The position numbers and the translations under genes were made by a program. A DNA stretch of 64,000 nt from Marsupella aquatica. Its lineage: Eukaryota > Plantae > Marchantiophyta. Each line of letters starts with the position of its first letter. Position 1 is the stretch's first letter. This document shows, piece after piece, positions 49,695 through 63,536 of the stretch. Location of the stretch: NCBI GenBank assembly GCA_973895155.1, contig OZ316895.1:4529181-4593180 (forward strand), read 5' to 3'. The notes under the pieces are model-generated. The model ran no database searches. It saw only the letters and a list, made by a program, of their open reading frames with translations, and was not told the origin of the DNA.

Positions 49695-50165
49695 ATCTTG
49701 CCTTTACATCTTTTTCTTATCTTGTCATCTTTTCTCACCTTGATATCTTTCTCTCATCACAACATCTTTTCTCTCCTCGACATCTTTTCCTAACCTCAAC
49801 ATCGTTTCTTGCCTTGACATCTTTTTCTCAGCTTGACATCATTCCCCCTTCCATACCTTTCTCCCCTTGACTTCTTTTGCAGCCCTCAACATTATTTTCT
49901 ATCATGGACATTTTTGTCACCCGGACATTTTATCTTTTGCTCATCTCACCATCTTTTTCTCACCTTGATATCTTTTATCTCATCTTGCTATCTTTTTCTC
50001 ACCTTGACATTTTTATGTCATCACGACATCTTTTTCTCCCCTCAATATCTTTTCCTCACCTTGCCATGTTTTCTTTCCTTGACATCTTTTTTCACTTTGA
50101 CTTTTTTTCTTCACCTTGATATCTTTCTCACTTCAAGATCTTTTTTTCACCTTGACATCTTTTGT
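49657..50165. repeat. (TA)n microsatellite followed by a CT-rich ~21-bp minisatellite
   Basis: (TA) run of ~17 units, then many degenerate TTTTTCTCACCTTGA(C/T)ATCT units. Confidence 0.85.
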
Positions 50166-52854
50166 AGCGCTCACACGCATGAGGCTAGTACTATATAAAT
50201 GGACAGAAGGGTACAATAGTTTACGCAAAGCAAGAGTGCTGAAATGTTCCTGATCCTAACTTGTGTGAGGGTGAAGAAAAATAATTATAGCTAGGTGCAC
50301 TCAATAAACTAAGGTACAAAGCTGACATCATAATCATGCAAGACTGCCAAGCGGTAAAATCAAATGATAAATAAATGAAGACTGATACTAGCCTATCAGA
50401 AAGGAAAGCTTGTATACGGAGACAGAGGTTTGACCAGGTCTGGTAAATTCAAGTGACAAGGAAATGAGGAGCATACCTTTTATAGTGAAAAAATGGGATA
50501 CACGCAAAGGTTAACAAGGTCAAATCAAGACTGCCAAGGTTAAATCAAGACCATAATTATTAAACAGAAGCTGGGAAAAACAGTTGACTGAGTTTTGACA
50601 AGTTTCTTGGATAGAATAATCAGGACAGACACAAACTGCCCAATAGATTATACCCCCCTCATTTTCTCTCAAAGTGCTTTCAATTGCTTCTTTCTTTGTT
50701 ACATTACAGTTTGGATGTATACTTTGAAACAATCAGCCTTCGTTTGGGTCCATGGCTGTTTTTCTTTTTACCACCAAGACAGTAATTATAATATTGTATC
50801 TCAAAGCTTGATTGTTACTGGTTATCCCTACAGAACTGGCTGTAACTGTTTTCGCTTACTTTAATCTGTAAAAGATTATCTGGTTTTCTTTTAGTAGTTT
50901 CTATAGTGACATACTATCATGGCATATGATCAATCTTTTGGGGAAAAAGGCTATGGGTTATGAATTTGGTAGTCCATAATTTTTTAATCCCTGACCTTAC
51001 TTTAGTAGTTAGAGTACATCAATTATATTGTATTATTGGCAAAATTATTGGACTTTGAATTATTCTTTCCCCCCTTTAATGTTTTTAATTCTCTTCTTCT
51101 GGACTCCTCCATTAGGCCTATATTTGTTTTTCATTGTTGACCATGCGTATATAGCGTGCAGCCCAGTTAGCGTGCAGCCCAGTTAACTTAAGCTTTCCAA
51201 GATTAAGGTCAGCCCTAATTATCTACAGTTATAGCCGCAACCCTAGACCTAAGAGTAAATGTCTAACATTTTTGACATATATAGTTTCCATAATTCTTTC
51301 CATCCGCATAGAGTCATTGTCTAGAGGTTTCACTCTAGAGGCCTAGACCCCAACTCTAGCTTCTCATTGCAATTATTTATAAAGGTATTGAAGTTATATT
51401 ACATTGACCTTTCATCCCGCCTTTCAGACATGAGGGATACCTAAACCCAAAGCTATCGCTTCCCAAAAGTGTGAGAAATCTAAAGAGTGTGAGACTCCAA
51501 CACTTCAAGATAATGCTAACCTCTCCTCTACAACTCACATTTTTCATTTTAAAGTTTACAGTTGAGTAATTGACTTAGTTGTTGCTAACTAAAATCAATA
51601 TGAATAAATATGAAAGACCCACCACTTTTTTTTTGAAAATGATTCACTAAACAATTGTCTGTTAGAAACCGACATATGGGGATAAGGTCAATACCTTGTA
51701 ACTAAGGCGAACTATGGGGATAAGGTCAATACCTTGTAAGGAGACCTCAATGATTTATTAAACTTTACCTATCAGCAGGAAACACTACATACTACAAGGC
51801 AACTTACTTTACTTTATTTTAATACTTGCACCCTTACTTATTTAGAGATAAATAATATTGTTTATTTATCTAGAGACATTTTAATCAGGATATTTGTTGG
51901 CTCTTCATTGTAATTTTTTTTGGGCCCATTCTGTGCAATATGTTTTTCTTTCCGATATTGCTTCTAGCTGAAACATAACTCTGAGGACACGCGTTTGATG
52001 GAGTGCGTCTCATTAGGTGAAGATGGCTTGTGCAAGGAGTTAAGCAAAAGTGCAAATACTTGTTATTAATTTAACTCCCTTATTCTGAGTGCCGATTGGG
52101 TCCAACTTAGATTTTCTACGATGAGCATGCTATATGGTGAATCCATATTCCAGTATTCAAACTTATTTTCTTGTGTATTTTAATTCAATGTGTCTTACCA
52201 AGGTACATCCCTTGTATACCTTTAGATTTTGAATTTAATCTGGCACCCTTCTAAATTTTTCAATCTTTGCTGTACTTTTGATCATCCACCCTTTAACAAA
52301 GCTCACTTTAAGTTCTAGCCCTTATTCTGATGAGTGAAGAAGAAATGATCTAATTAAAGTACTTTAAGTTCTACTCATAATTTTGTGTACTAAATTTATG
52401 GTTTTAATTCATTTGAGTGTCAACCTAAGATAAGTACATAAGTATCTTTACTGTTGTATAGTATGTGCATAACCCAATACCATAGACTTAAATTTTTCCT
52501 GTTCATTATTATTTTTATTTACATGTGTACTTTTATGCTTGTACCTTATGTGCACAACTTTTCAATGTCAAGCTTCCTAATCAATCATGTCCTATTTATA
52601 TTTGTCACAAAAAAATTAGATCACCTGTATTTCACTAAAAAACTTAAACTTTTTGCTAGAGGACAAAATAACTTTTCATGTTCCAGGATGAGTATGCTAT
52701 ATTCTGAGTGCCGATTGGGTCCAACTTAGATTTGCGCTTGCCTAGTCTAAATTGGTTGAGATCATAAATCCTTGATTTCGGTTACCGTCCGATTGATTTT
52801 GCTTCCTCGTCACAGGTGTCCAGTTGAGGTGCTGTCTTCTCCGATTACATCTTC

Positions 52855-53712
52855 ATTTTTAGTATGACACTAACCTTCTGTTACGGTGCTAGTTCATTTA
52901 CATGGCTCGTCCTGTGCATCTCAGTATCTTAAGTGTGTTCCTTGATGTCCATTCGTACTTAAACATGAAGAATAACCTTCTATCTCAGTCTGTTTCCCTA
53001 GACTACGTGTTGAGTTAGTGAGCATACACATTGATGGAAGTGTTTATATCACTTTTTGATTCACGTCGAATGACACTATCGAGGCTCATTAATGAGCCTC
53101 GCACGCTCCTTGCCCATGGCCATCCCCGTCTGCTGCCCGAGAAAATGCGTGATCGCATTTTTTTTTCGAAATGTCAAAGGAACTGAATGAACCCCACTTT
53201 TGGGTGGGGTTTGTTACAAAAGAGGAATGGTGTGCCTGGCAGGATTCGAGGCCCTGCACCTGCTGGTACCCAACTCTGTTCGTATATCACCAAGACAGCA
53301 TCTGCTGCACAGAAGTGATGTCTTGTTTTGTCAACTTATCTTAATACTATGGTCGGGGAATGCTGCGGGCAGCGGGCAGTGGGTTCTCTAACCGTACGGA
53401 TTTCCACATTAATATACATCGATACTGCCAATCGCTCTAAATACTTTTTGAGGCACCATGAGCCTTTCTCCCTCTGCTTTCATCATCGCCGCTTTGGAAG
53501 TGCAAATATAAAGGATTGAGTATCACGTTCATCTTTTGTTATGGTGTTACTCCAATTACATTGGCGTCCTGCGCATATATCTTAGTAAGTGACGATAGTT
53601 TCCTTCATGTCCATTCGACTTGAACATGAAGAATGACATTTGTCAGTCTCGTTCCTTTAATTAAACTACGTGTTGAGTTAATGAGAAGACGCATACATGG
53701 AAGGTTCATATC
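52855..53712. repeat. Diverged ~190-bp duplication (~52860-53050 and ~53525-53712)
   Basis: Shared TATCTT...ATGTCCATTCG.ACTT.AACATGAAGAAT.AC...ACTACGTGTTGAGTTA.TGAG. Confidence 0.7.
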
Positions 53713-53944
53713 TCTTCTTCACGGTTCCAGGAACGTTTCTGCCTTTACTTTCGTCATGAACTCTGTGGAAGTGCAGCTATAAAGAAACTTGCTGGATGTA
53801 AACTGCTTTACTTTAAACATTAAGGATGCGAATGGTGTTACTGACATATGTCACTGTCGGTCGTTTGTTAAACCACACCTGCCCCTGTAAAGACCCGTAG
53901 CTCTCATTGTAAACTGCAGAAGAGGTTAAAGAATAGGTTCTGAA

Positions 53945-54080
53945 CTCCACAAAAGATGGTGAATGGAAAACATTTCATTGGCGAGTGCTCCACAAAAGAT
54001 GGTGAATGGAAAACATTGTATTGGCAAGTGCTCCACAAAAGATGGTGAATGGAAAACATTTATTGGCAAGTGCTCCACAG
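53945..54080. repeat. ~43-bp tandem repeat x3
   Basis: CTCCACAAAAGATGGTGAATGGAAAACATT..ATTGGC(G/A)AGTG occurs three times. Confidence 0.9.
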
Positions 54081-54714
54081 AAGGTGCCATTGTTCACCTT
54101 TTATGGTGAGTAGTGAAACATGGAATGGGGCTATTTTTTTATACTGGTTTGGTGTGATTTAATTGTAAAGTGAAAGGTCCAGCCCTTGCCCAGATGCCCT
54201 GACACCCCCAGTGAACGCCGTCAGGACTGCCGCATGAGGGGGTAAAGCCAGAAAACGCTATCTCAAACAAATACTCCCACTACGTTAAAGGCCGCATTTC
54301 TTAGTACCCTCCACATGCGCGTTGCGTCTAAAGCTTGACGCAAAGTCTACAAATACAAACATATACAAAGCCTGAAAGTCCAGGACCGTGAGTCAAAAAG
54401 TGCGCACCTGCTTCATTGTGCCCAAGTCTTGGCTACGTCCCTATAGCATGGCGGTCCTTTTTTTTGCCTTGAAAAAGCCTGCTTCATTAATGCCCAACTC
54501 TTGAAAAAGCATGGCGTATCGTACTCCCGGACCTACCCCCAGATCAGCACACGTTGGATACGAAGTGCAGAGTAAGTTATGGAAAGTATATAATCTCAGG
54601 CGGAGCAAGACTTCTTTCAACAAAGAAGTTTTGAGTCGCTCACGTCAAACGCATTCAATTGAGAAATTGATCGAGCAACAGCTCAACCTCAATCCTTACG
54701 AGATTGGAACTACA

Positions 54715-56103
54715 ATGGGGTCGACTCGATGCATTAACAAAGCTTGGGCGACGCTTGTAGTACTCCTCGTCTGCAGCTACGTGGGGATTCTGTCTGTTCA
54801 AGCTGCCGATCCAGACCCTCTAGTCGACCTGTCGCCAGCGGCCAACGAGACATTCGTCCTGCGCAACGTGTTTGAGAACGGTGATGTATCTCACGGTTCG
54901 GGAGGAACCCGTGCGGCACTCAACATTTCCATATTCCCGGCGCTGACGTACGTGGATCGGTCTTGTGTATAATTGGGTCCTCGTCCACTAATATGCGTTA
55001 TGTGCTGAAAGTATTCTAGAATCATCTACGCGTTTAACTGTCGTCGTAAACACATTGTGTTGTGCAGGTCCGAGGGCATAACATTTGTGCAGTTCAGGCT
55101 GTCACCATGCGGAGAGAATCTGCCTCACACTCACCCTCGAGCCACTGAGCTCCTCACACTGATCAGCGGAGGGCCTCTCCAGGTTGGCGTGGTCGACACA
55201 GCTGGTACGTAAGATCAAGCTAGGACTTCAATTGATGTCTCTTTGAAACTCCTGCACCAGTCTGCAGTTCGGTCCTTTCAAGGAATTACGAGGGGCCAGG
55301 ATTGTGGTTTTGGCAGACCACAAAAAATCTACTGTAGCTATCAATATTGTGAAGTTTCTACTGTAGCTTTATCAATATTGTGAAGTTTCTACAGTAGCTA
55401 TCAATATTGGATAGTTTCTATGCTTCGGATCCATCCGGTAACAGAAAGAGTGTAGTTGGCGACTAACTATGCCACTTTAACGATTGGATTTGAGCCATTC
55501 CATGAACTAATCTAGTGTAATCTGGATTTTCTTGTTGGGTGTTGGGTACCGTACACAGCGAATGCGCACATTTACGTCCTCTATGCAGGAGATATTTAGT
55601 TTTCCCGAGAGGTTTGCTGCACTTCGAGCTGAACGTTGGTGGCGAAGAAGCATTTTTCATCTCAGCCCTCAACAGTCAAAACCCGGGTGTTCTGGTAGGA
55701 TAATCACCGTATCGTTATGAATGGATTGAAAGCTAATCATTGCACAGGTCATGAAGTGGTGTGGGTATCACAAATCTTCGTGAAAGTCGTATGATTCTTG
55801 GTCATTCAATGATTAGGACTGTCTGTTCATCTCTGAAATCTAGCATGAATTCAGTCCTGGAAGTTTTCTTCAATGGAAGTTAAGCATGAACTGAATCCTG
55901 GAAATATTTGTCATGAATGGATGCAGACGTCTCAGGAAGCATTCTTCCAACTACCCACACGAGCTGCTGCTGGAGCACTCAATCAAGATTTGGCTACAAC
56001 ACAGAAACTGAAGAAGGACATTATGGGCTACGGCCATGATCTGAAGTTTGTTCATAAAAATATGGGATGCGTGCCAAACAAAGACATAACAACTCAATTT
56101 TAG
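54715..56103 (+). pseudogene. Germin-like protein (cupin) gene with an apparent 1-nt deletion in exon 3; exons 54715-54947, 55068-55204, 55559-55694, 55927-56103
   Basis: Signal peptide then ADPDPLVD, germin box 1 GENLPHTHPRATE, box 2 FPRGLLHFELNVG and SALNSQNPGV. Exon 3 reads GAT ATT TAG (stop) and FPRG is in another frame. The exon sum is 683 nt, not divisible by 3. Confidence 0.8.
55328..55420. repeat. ~30-bp tandem repeat x3 in germin intron 2
   Basis: TCTAC(T/A)GTAGCTATCAATATTGTGAAGTT is repeated. Confidence 0.85.
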
Positions 56104-56902
56104 CGTCCCTATAGAACCGTCCTTAAATGCAGTGACCAAAATAATTCGTCAAGTGTCATCGAATCCTTACTTGACCTCGTTCTCCCACCCAAGATTTGGA
56201 GTTTTCTTTAATTTTCAATAAGTTAGAATAAGAATGTCATAGAATGGGCCAGTTATATTAGGGGATGTATAGTACTTCCTAGCAAAGCCATCGCCCAAAA
56301 TTCTCCCACCCAAATATATGAACTTAGGGTAGCTTTAGAAGATTGGGCAGGGCTTTCTTCTCCCCTTAGAAATTAAATCTTACCCTACTGTGGGTGTAAA
56401 TTGTGGCAGTTGGCTTTGCAAGATATAGGGGGCCATTTGGCACGGTGTTTACATTCTATGCAGCAAGCACTGGACCCAAGGGGCTGTGATTGTGTCTAGA
56501 ACTGGGGACCACCTCCAAAAGTTATCAAAACATTTATAAACTTATGTTCCTTCCTTCAAGGATTTGCATTTATTATGACTACCTAGAATTCCCTCCTGGC
56601 TTTTCCTGCATCTTTACATAGTCGATTTAAAGCCTTCCCCCCGATATTTTACTTTGTACTTTGCAGTCATCTGGTGGAATGTTGCACGTAAGTGATATGT
56701 GAATGAACGCCATGGGCAGGTTTCCAGCTACCCCCCCAACGTTAAAAATAAAACTCTGGCTATGTCAAGCACCTAAAACCAGCTTATTTTTTAAGTGCAG
56801 ATTTTAGCCAAATTTCACCTCCCCCAAAAAATTTCGAACACTTTTGGCTAATATTAGCTACATTTTTTATACCATTAGCCACTCTTCCACCAAATCATGG
56901 AC

Positions 56903-56965
56903 CCCATTAGCCAGAATCTAACCGTCCTCTTTAAATCTAAGGATATCTAACGGTCACAATTTAAT
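56903..56965. repeat. Dispersed repeat shared with ~20918-20980
   Basis: CCCATTAGCCAGAATCT.....TTTAAATCTA.GG...ATC....GTCA.AATT at both sites. Confidence 0.6.
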
Positions 56966-58621
56966 TCAATAAAATCTGACAAGGAATATTTTTAGAATCT
57001 ATTCTCTTAGAGAAGCAAACATTCGCCAAACCTGCTAAAAATAAAAAGCCTTAAAAAATACACTACCTAAAACCCTTCGCAAGGACAATGCAACCTAAAA
57101 AGCACTTCGGGTATCCTCAGGTAGCCCTGCCCTCACTTTATCCGAGACAGACAGACAGTCCTCTCCCGAGTATTCTATTCCACACTTAATGGCCTCCCAT
57201 GATTTCCCCTTTGTAGTTTTAGGTGCTATACCGACAATGAATGCTCTCATGAGGATTCTATTTCACACTTATTGCCCTACTTAATGCCCTCCCTTGATTT
57301 TCCCCGTTGTAGTTTTAGGTGCTTAGGGAGAAGAATGCACAGTCCTAGATTCGTGCATTAAGAAACATCTCCTCTACATTTACTACAAATAGTAAAAATA
57401 AACTGGCCTTTCAGTGTAACCCTACAAGATTTAGCGAAAACTTCACTCATGTGGCATCATTTTGATTGGGTGGTTGTCGTCGTGAAAATGCCCTGATTAT
57501 TGTCTATTCAAAGAGGGAGGGCACACGGGGGACAGAGGCTGTGGAAAGGAGGGAGGGAGGCACAGTAGTGCAGGATTGGAGGGGAGGCCCCAAGGGCAAA
57601 TTCAACAGCCAGGAAAAAACAGGATGTCCACAAACGGCCAGGATTTAATCCTGCCCATTTCACTTAGTTTTCTAGGGAGACCATACAGAATATTTGACCA
57701 GATTTTCCAATGCCCATGTATTGCACAGTTATTGTTGTCGTTGTGTTGTAGTTGGAGCAGTGTGTTGTCATTGTGGCCATGCAGTGCTATCTATGCAAAC
57801 CGGTTGTCGCCCGTGTTGAGCCTTGTTGTCACAAGGGTCATGATCTCAAACAAATTAAAAGTATTGTCAAGCAGAAGTGTGTAGAACATAAGTAATATTA
57901 AAGGAAAGTGCTGTCAATGCCCCAGTCAATGCATATGATGGTCAAGAGTTAGAACAAGAACTACACAAGGAGCTGGACGGAGTGTTGCAACAAGTATGTT
58001 GATGTCAATAGAGGCAATTACAATAGGAAACATTTTAGTGAATTGCAGTCCTACCTAAACTGTCTTCCAACCCAGATTTCTTTCTCCCCTCCGTCCCTCC
58101 CACAACCACTCACCACCCCATTTCCTTTGTGGTTTCCTCTCCCAATCCTCACCCCACTTTTTTGTTGTTGTTGATTTTCTCTTCTATTGCATCTGACTGG
58201 TGTGATGAGGTTCATTGGAATTTTTTGGGAAACAGGCACAGCTAGCATAAAACTCTCTGCCTAAATGGATTGTCTAGAGACTATAAAGTTATTACTGGCA
58301 AAAAAACTCTTTTAATGATGTACCCCAACAGCATAAAAACAGCCTTACTAAAACTCATAAAGAATAGTTGACAAACTGAAAGTAAGTATCATCACTTACT
58401 TAAAAGCGTATACCATCACCGCAACCAGTCCTCTTTTTAGTCATCACTTGATGTAATGTGTCAATTGAATTGATCCAATGGCTATTCAAGGCTTCCAAGC
58501 CTTGTTTAGGGGCCCCTTATTAATTTTGGATGGTAAAAACCCAAAGATAGATCTGATGGAGGGAATATTTTCCATCTCCTTTTGTTTTGCCTTTTGTTTT
58601 GCCTTGAAAGCTGGAAGCAGA

Positions 58622-58728
58622 CCCATCCAGCAGAGCCTACTAGACATTCTGCTATGGAGCATGCAATTCATCACCCCCATCCAACAGAGCCTACTAGACA
58701 TTCTGCTATGGAGCATGCAATTCATCAC
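58622..58728. repeat. 54-bp tandem duplication
   Basis: CCCATCCA(G/A)CAGAGCCTACTAGACATTCTGCTATGGAGCATGCAATTCATCACC occurs twice. Confidence 0.9.
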
Positions 58729-61700
58729 CACTTACATAGCCTGCCCTCAACACCCACTCTCATCACTATACGGGTGAACATCATAACATGTCTAACGCAA
58801 GCTAGCCTCTCTAAAAGATTTTGAAACACTAGCCCGAATACGAGTGTATATGCACAAGAAGGGCTCCCCGGTAGCCATGCCTGTCCCTACCCAGTCACAA
58901 TCATAATCTAAATATCAAAATTATCTGTTGACAGAGAAATTACAGCCTGTGATTTTACTCTACAAAGTAGCTCTTGATCTTGACTCTTCAATCAAGAATT
59001 ATAGTATAGATTCCAAGTTTTGTGGAATGTGTGGTCATAAGTTAATTTAATGAGATCTTAATTTATTGAGTGGGGGTTTTTTGGCCAGCGTTTATAGTTT
59101 ATACCAAGTAGTAATTAGCATAGCATTGGGTGACACGCTCAGCAACCCAAGTCACCTTGTTTTTGCACCAAACTTTGGAAACTGTGTTTAGCTTGTATAG
59201 ATACTGGTAGTCACACATGGAAACTAACACATATACCGAGAGTCCTATTTGTGACACTTTTCCTACTTACCTTGCCGTACTTTCCTTGTCTCCCTAGATC
59301 ATTAGATTCTGGTAATGGGTCGGGTCTATGACTAAGTGGGAAACTGCCTATTTGAAGACCAAGAAAAACCGTGTCTAATTGTTGCCAAAAGCAGCGAATA
59401 CTTTTTAGTGATGTGGGATTTCGAGAAATTTTTGCACCTGAAAAAAAGTTGCTTCAAAGTGTAGCTTTTGATGTCAAATTATTAGTTAGATGGGCCCAAC
59501 TAAGTTTTCTGGGCCCAAATTATTAGTTAGACTAGCCTTTGAACATCAATAATTGTTGAGCAAAAGCAAATTGTTGAGACAGAGGGAAAGTTACCTTCAT
59601 TTCGTACCCGAAGTGGAGAGTAGGTTTCTGCCCGCAGCTTGTCTTCACTGTAGACCATACTCCTTAACTTAACTTTTCTTTGCCCTTATATACTGAAGTG
59701 CCATCTTGGTTCGCGCTGGCATCATTAACCAGGTTTTAGTCCAGCAAATAATGGTCATTTGACCCAAAGCAAACTTTCTTTTCTTCATTATTTAATTAAG
59801 AAATCATGTGTCTACTGAAAAGTTAGTGATTACACTAATACTCATCGAATAATCATGCCTAACATCTATATACCGAAATTCTTTGAAGGTTTCACAAGTA
59901 TGCCGACAAGGGGGGCCCATTTATTATTTTATTGGTGCAAACCTGGTGACACTATTATGTCAGATGGCTTCCACTAGAGTCAAGTTCTAGAGCCTACTTG
60001 TCTAGGAGCTTCACTGTAGACCATAGCCCTTAGTGTAGTTTCTCTTTAATTTATAGTTTACCATGTCTAAGTGCAGGTTGACAGGAAGACACCGGAACTC
60101 AGCTTGTACTTAACCATAGTATGCAACATGTTATAAGTGAGTTAGATATCATTTAATATGCACATGACTATACATGTAGTGCCCAATAAGTGTGGGAAAT
60201 TAATTATGCACTTTCTCATATCGGATGTCAGGTCACACATACTGGACCCCTCCTATCTTGAGCCCCTCGTGTTTCAAGACTTTTACTACTTAATTGGAGT
60301 AGCGTATGAGACTACTTTTGATAATTGTCTGCTGCACTTTTTCTTTTTGTCTTGAAAGTAAATGGGAAGGAAAAGTGTCACATTGGGATGGGGGAGTCTG
60401 ATGCACTTATCCATAGTTGTTTTTTTATGTATGTGTTGTCTGTTTCTTATGTCTGCAGGCCTCCCATGCAGGACGTATTTATGTGCTGTATGTTTCTTAC
60501 GTACCTGTTGCCCATATTATCCTTAAATAGGACTTTAATGCAATTAACAGCTTAAGATGTTTTTCTTTTAACTAATTTTAGTAGAAGTATAGGAGAATCT
60601 TCCTGTAATAGTTGGGGGGCTATTATTGCCAATAATGCTTAGACAGGACCTTAGTACACTTAAAGCTTATGAAGTTCTACTCGAGACAAACAATGAAAAT
60701 GGCCTTATGCAACAAAAAAGTCTACAAAAAGGCAGCTTTTCGCTAATTTCAATAGCGCAGGATAATCTTCCTATCAAAATGAGTTGATCCAATACTTGAC
60801 TGTGCATTTGTTTTTCAATATTGGCCAGAATTATAAAGTGAAAAATCACTGAGGGCACGACTTATAGTACAATAGGCCCTGCTTAGTATTTTTGACCATC
60901 CGCATTTGACCATGCAATCTTCCATAAGATTCAGAGGAGAAAATTCACAAAAAACTTTCAACACTGGAAAAATGTCTGTATTATATAGTAAAGTTTAGTG
61001 ATGTCTACAAAAACAAGATGTTCAGATCCTGTTTAGAGAGTCTATTATTGCCCTTAATGTCCTGAACTAGGACCTTATAACATTTAACAACTTTAGAGAT
61101 TTTAAATTTCAGTAGAACCATAGGAGAATCTTCCCCATAATAATGACTTGATGCAAAACTTGACGGTGCATTTTTTTCCAGAATTAAACTAAAGCTTGGA
61201 TAGACTGACAAAGTTAAAGCTTGGATAGACTGGCAAAGTTTGGATGGACCAGAAACTAAAAAGCTTGGATGGACTCACTGGCAAAGTTTGGATGGACTTG
61301 CTCAGAACATTTAAACTGATTCAGATCATAGTGTTTACACTTGACTGAAATGTGAACTATAAACTGTCTCCTTACCATTTGTAGCTGGTTTCAATATTGA
61401 ACTGGATTAACTTGATAACTTGGCTACTTTGAGCTTGAAAGACATCAAGACGTCATGCTATTACTAAGGATCATCATGATTATTTTCTCCCCAAGGTAAT
61501 AACACCATCAACTACAATCCCACGACCAGTTCCTTTGTCTTTTCGGTGTACAAGCGACCATCACTTTTATGCAATCCATGGGGACAGTCATGGGACAGTC
61601 AGGGACAAGCTTTCGTTTCTGTTTTACAAGACTGCCAGATTATAAAATGAAAAATCACGAAGGGCACTATGTATAGTATAATGGGCCCCACTAAGTATTT

Positions 61701-63267
61701 CTCTGCGGCTGAAGTCGGCACAGCCAGAATTTGTAGGCCCTGTAAAGTACTGTAGCAGCATCGAGAACCACACCATCCAGAACTCCAGTAGTCCAGTCTC
61801 CAGAAAGGCAGAAGACCAGAACTGTCTCAACCCAGCTGCACTTTAATGGCAGTCGCCAATGTCAAAATGACGACAATCCTTGCAGCAGCACGAACAGGGA
61901 GGCGAGTTCTTCGTTTCTTCGTTTCTTCGTCTCCACATTTCCAAACACGGAAACAAATCCTTTGGAAGCAACGACGCAGAGCAAACGAAAGATGAAGAAG
62001 AAGAAGTACAAAACTAGGCCCCAGTCGCTGACAGCTCGCAGAGGCTCACGTTCAGGTTGACAAAACAATTGCTGTACTGAGTCCGATGAGTGATGATGAG
62101 TGATGGAGTGATGAGCCGCTGAGGTTGAAGAGACATTGAGAATGTAGCCACTGTCGTGTAGAGCTCATCAGAGGCAGGCAGGCAGGCAGCAGGCAGTTCA
62201 GGGCCAGCCGCATGAGTGGTTGCCGTACTCCAGCAGGCAAGCGAAAAGCAGAAGCTAAGCGAAGAGCACGATGTACGGGGCGGTGTTCACAGAAGCACAT
62301 TCAATACATGTCCAGTTCTGATTCCGGACTGCAAGCGAATCAGTGGGCACCGTAATCCGTGTGGGGGTGTGTCTCTCTGTGTGTCTCTGTCAGTCGGAGT
62401 GTGTGCTGGTTGGCCTCCTTTCGCTCGTTTTGTTCCTCTGTCGCGATCCACTTTTGCTCTGCTCTTCCTGAGTGTCTGCTATTTAGATTGATATCTGTAG
62501 TGGTCCACTTTTCCTCTGCTCTTGCAGAGTTCCCTATTTAGATTAGCAGAAGCTGTTGATTGATCGTTCGATTGGAGATCTGTCGAGTCGAGACAGACGA
62601 TGTTTGTCTTCTCCTGTCGAATGGAGGTTTGTCACAGTGTTCTGTTCTCAGCAGCAGGATCATTGGTAACAGCTCCAGGTCGTAATTCAACGGAGAGGGT
62701 TATTGCATGATTCGGCTCGATGAGGGGCCCTGTTGTCAGTTTGTCAGTGGAGTTTGCGAGCTCATGAGTAAGGCAGGGGCATTGAAGGAGAACAACAACA
62801 AGAAGAAGAACAACAAGAAGAGAACAGTCAGTTGTCGCATCGTGTTCATCAAGGAGTGATGTCATGCTAGTGTTTGGTAGGACTGGGGGTCTTTGTGGGG
62901 GAATGAAGTGGCGTATTGCCAGTCTGATTCGTGGCATGGAGATTCGATTTCCCTCGCCTGTATTCACACTCTAGTAATGGTTGTTCGACTTGGGCTGCCC
63001 AAGGAAGGAAGAGAGCACAAGCTGGAGGAGAGAACGGGAGCTTCACGGTCGAAGTGGAGCGGAGCACATGCTCTCAAGAAGACAATTGCTGTGAATTCAG
63101 CTGGCTTGATGTTGATGGGGCGTACTCTGTAGCATAAAGGGCTCGGCCTCGTGGTGCCTCGATTGCGCGGAGATAAGGAGGAGAAGGGGTGCAATTTGCG
63201 TTTTCCACTCGAAGAACAGCTCTTTATGTGCAAGTGGAAGGTTCGTGCCCGAAAGGGTTCGACTACT

Positions 63268-63536
63268 ATGCCTTCTGACGAAGAAAACATGATTGACCAG
63301 CACCTTGCAGAACTGCAGCTGCTCAATTCGGCAGCTGTGGTTGATGGGGCGGCGAGGATGAATGGAAACTCAGCATCCGGCGAGTTGAGCATGACGAAAT
63401 CAAATGGCCATCCAGCAGCTGCCCCAGGTGACGAGGAAACGATGGGGGAGGAGGAGAAGACCAGTCGTCATGGAGCTAGTAATGCCGACCAGTTGAGCAA
63501 AAACAAGCTTTCTCGTCGTGTCTCACATATCGACAG
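63268..63536 (+). CDS. Probable first coding exon of an unidentified gene that continues beyond the window
   Basis: ATG at 63268 (MPSDEENMIDQHLAELQ...SRRVSHIDR) followed by donor AG|GTACCT and a CT-rich intron. Preceded by a long leader with CT-rich tracts (~62.4-63.2 kb). The start codon is uncertain. Confidence 0.6.

Noticed and set aside
49833-50198. F/L/S-rich ORFs
   Set aside because: Translations of a CT-rich minisatellite.
53945-54080. CRISPR-like repeat arrays here and at 38788-39640
   Set aside because: Eukaryotic context with no cas genes. The units are contiguous or degenerate, without CRISPR-type spacers.
38304-56103. AOC + germin as a defence or biosynthetic gene cluster
   Set aside because: Only two genes ~13 kb apart, with no pathway link evident from the sequence.
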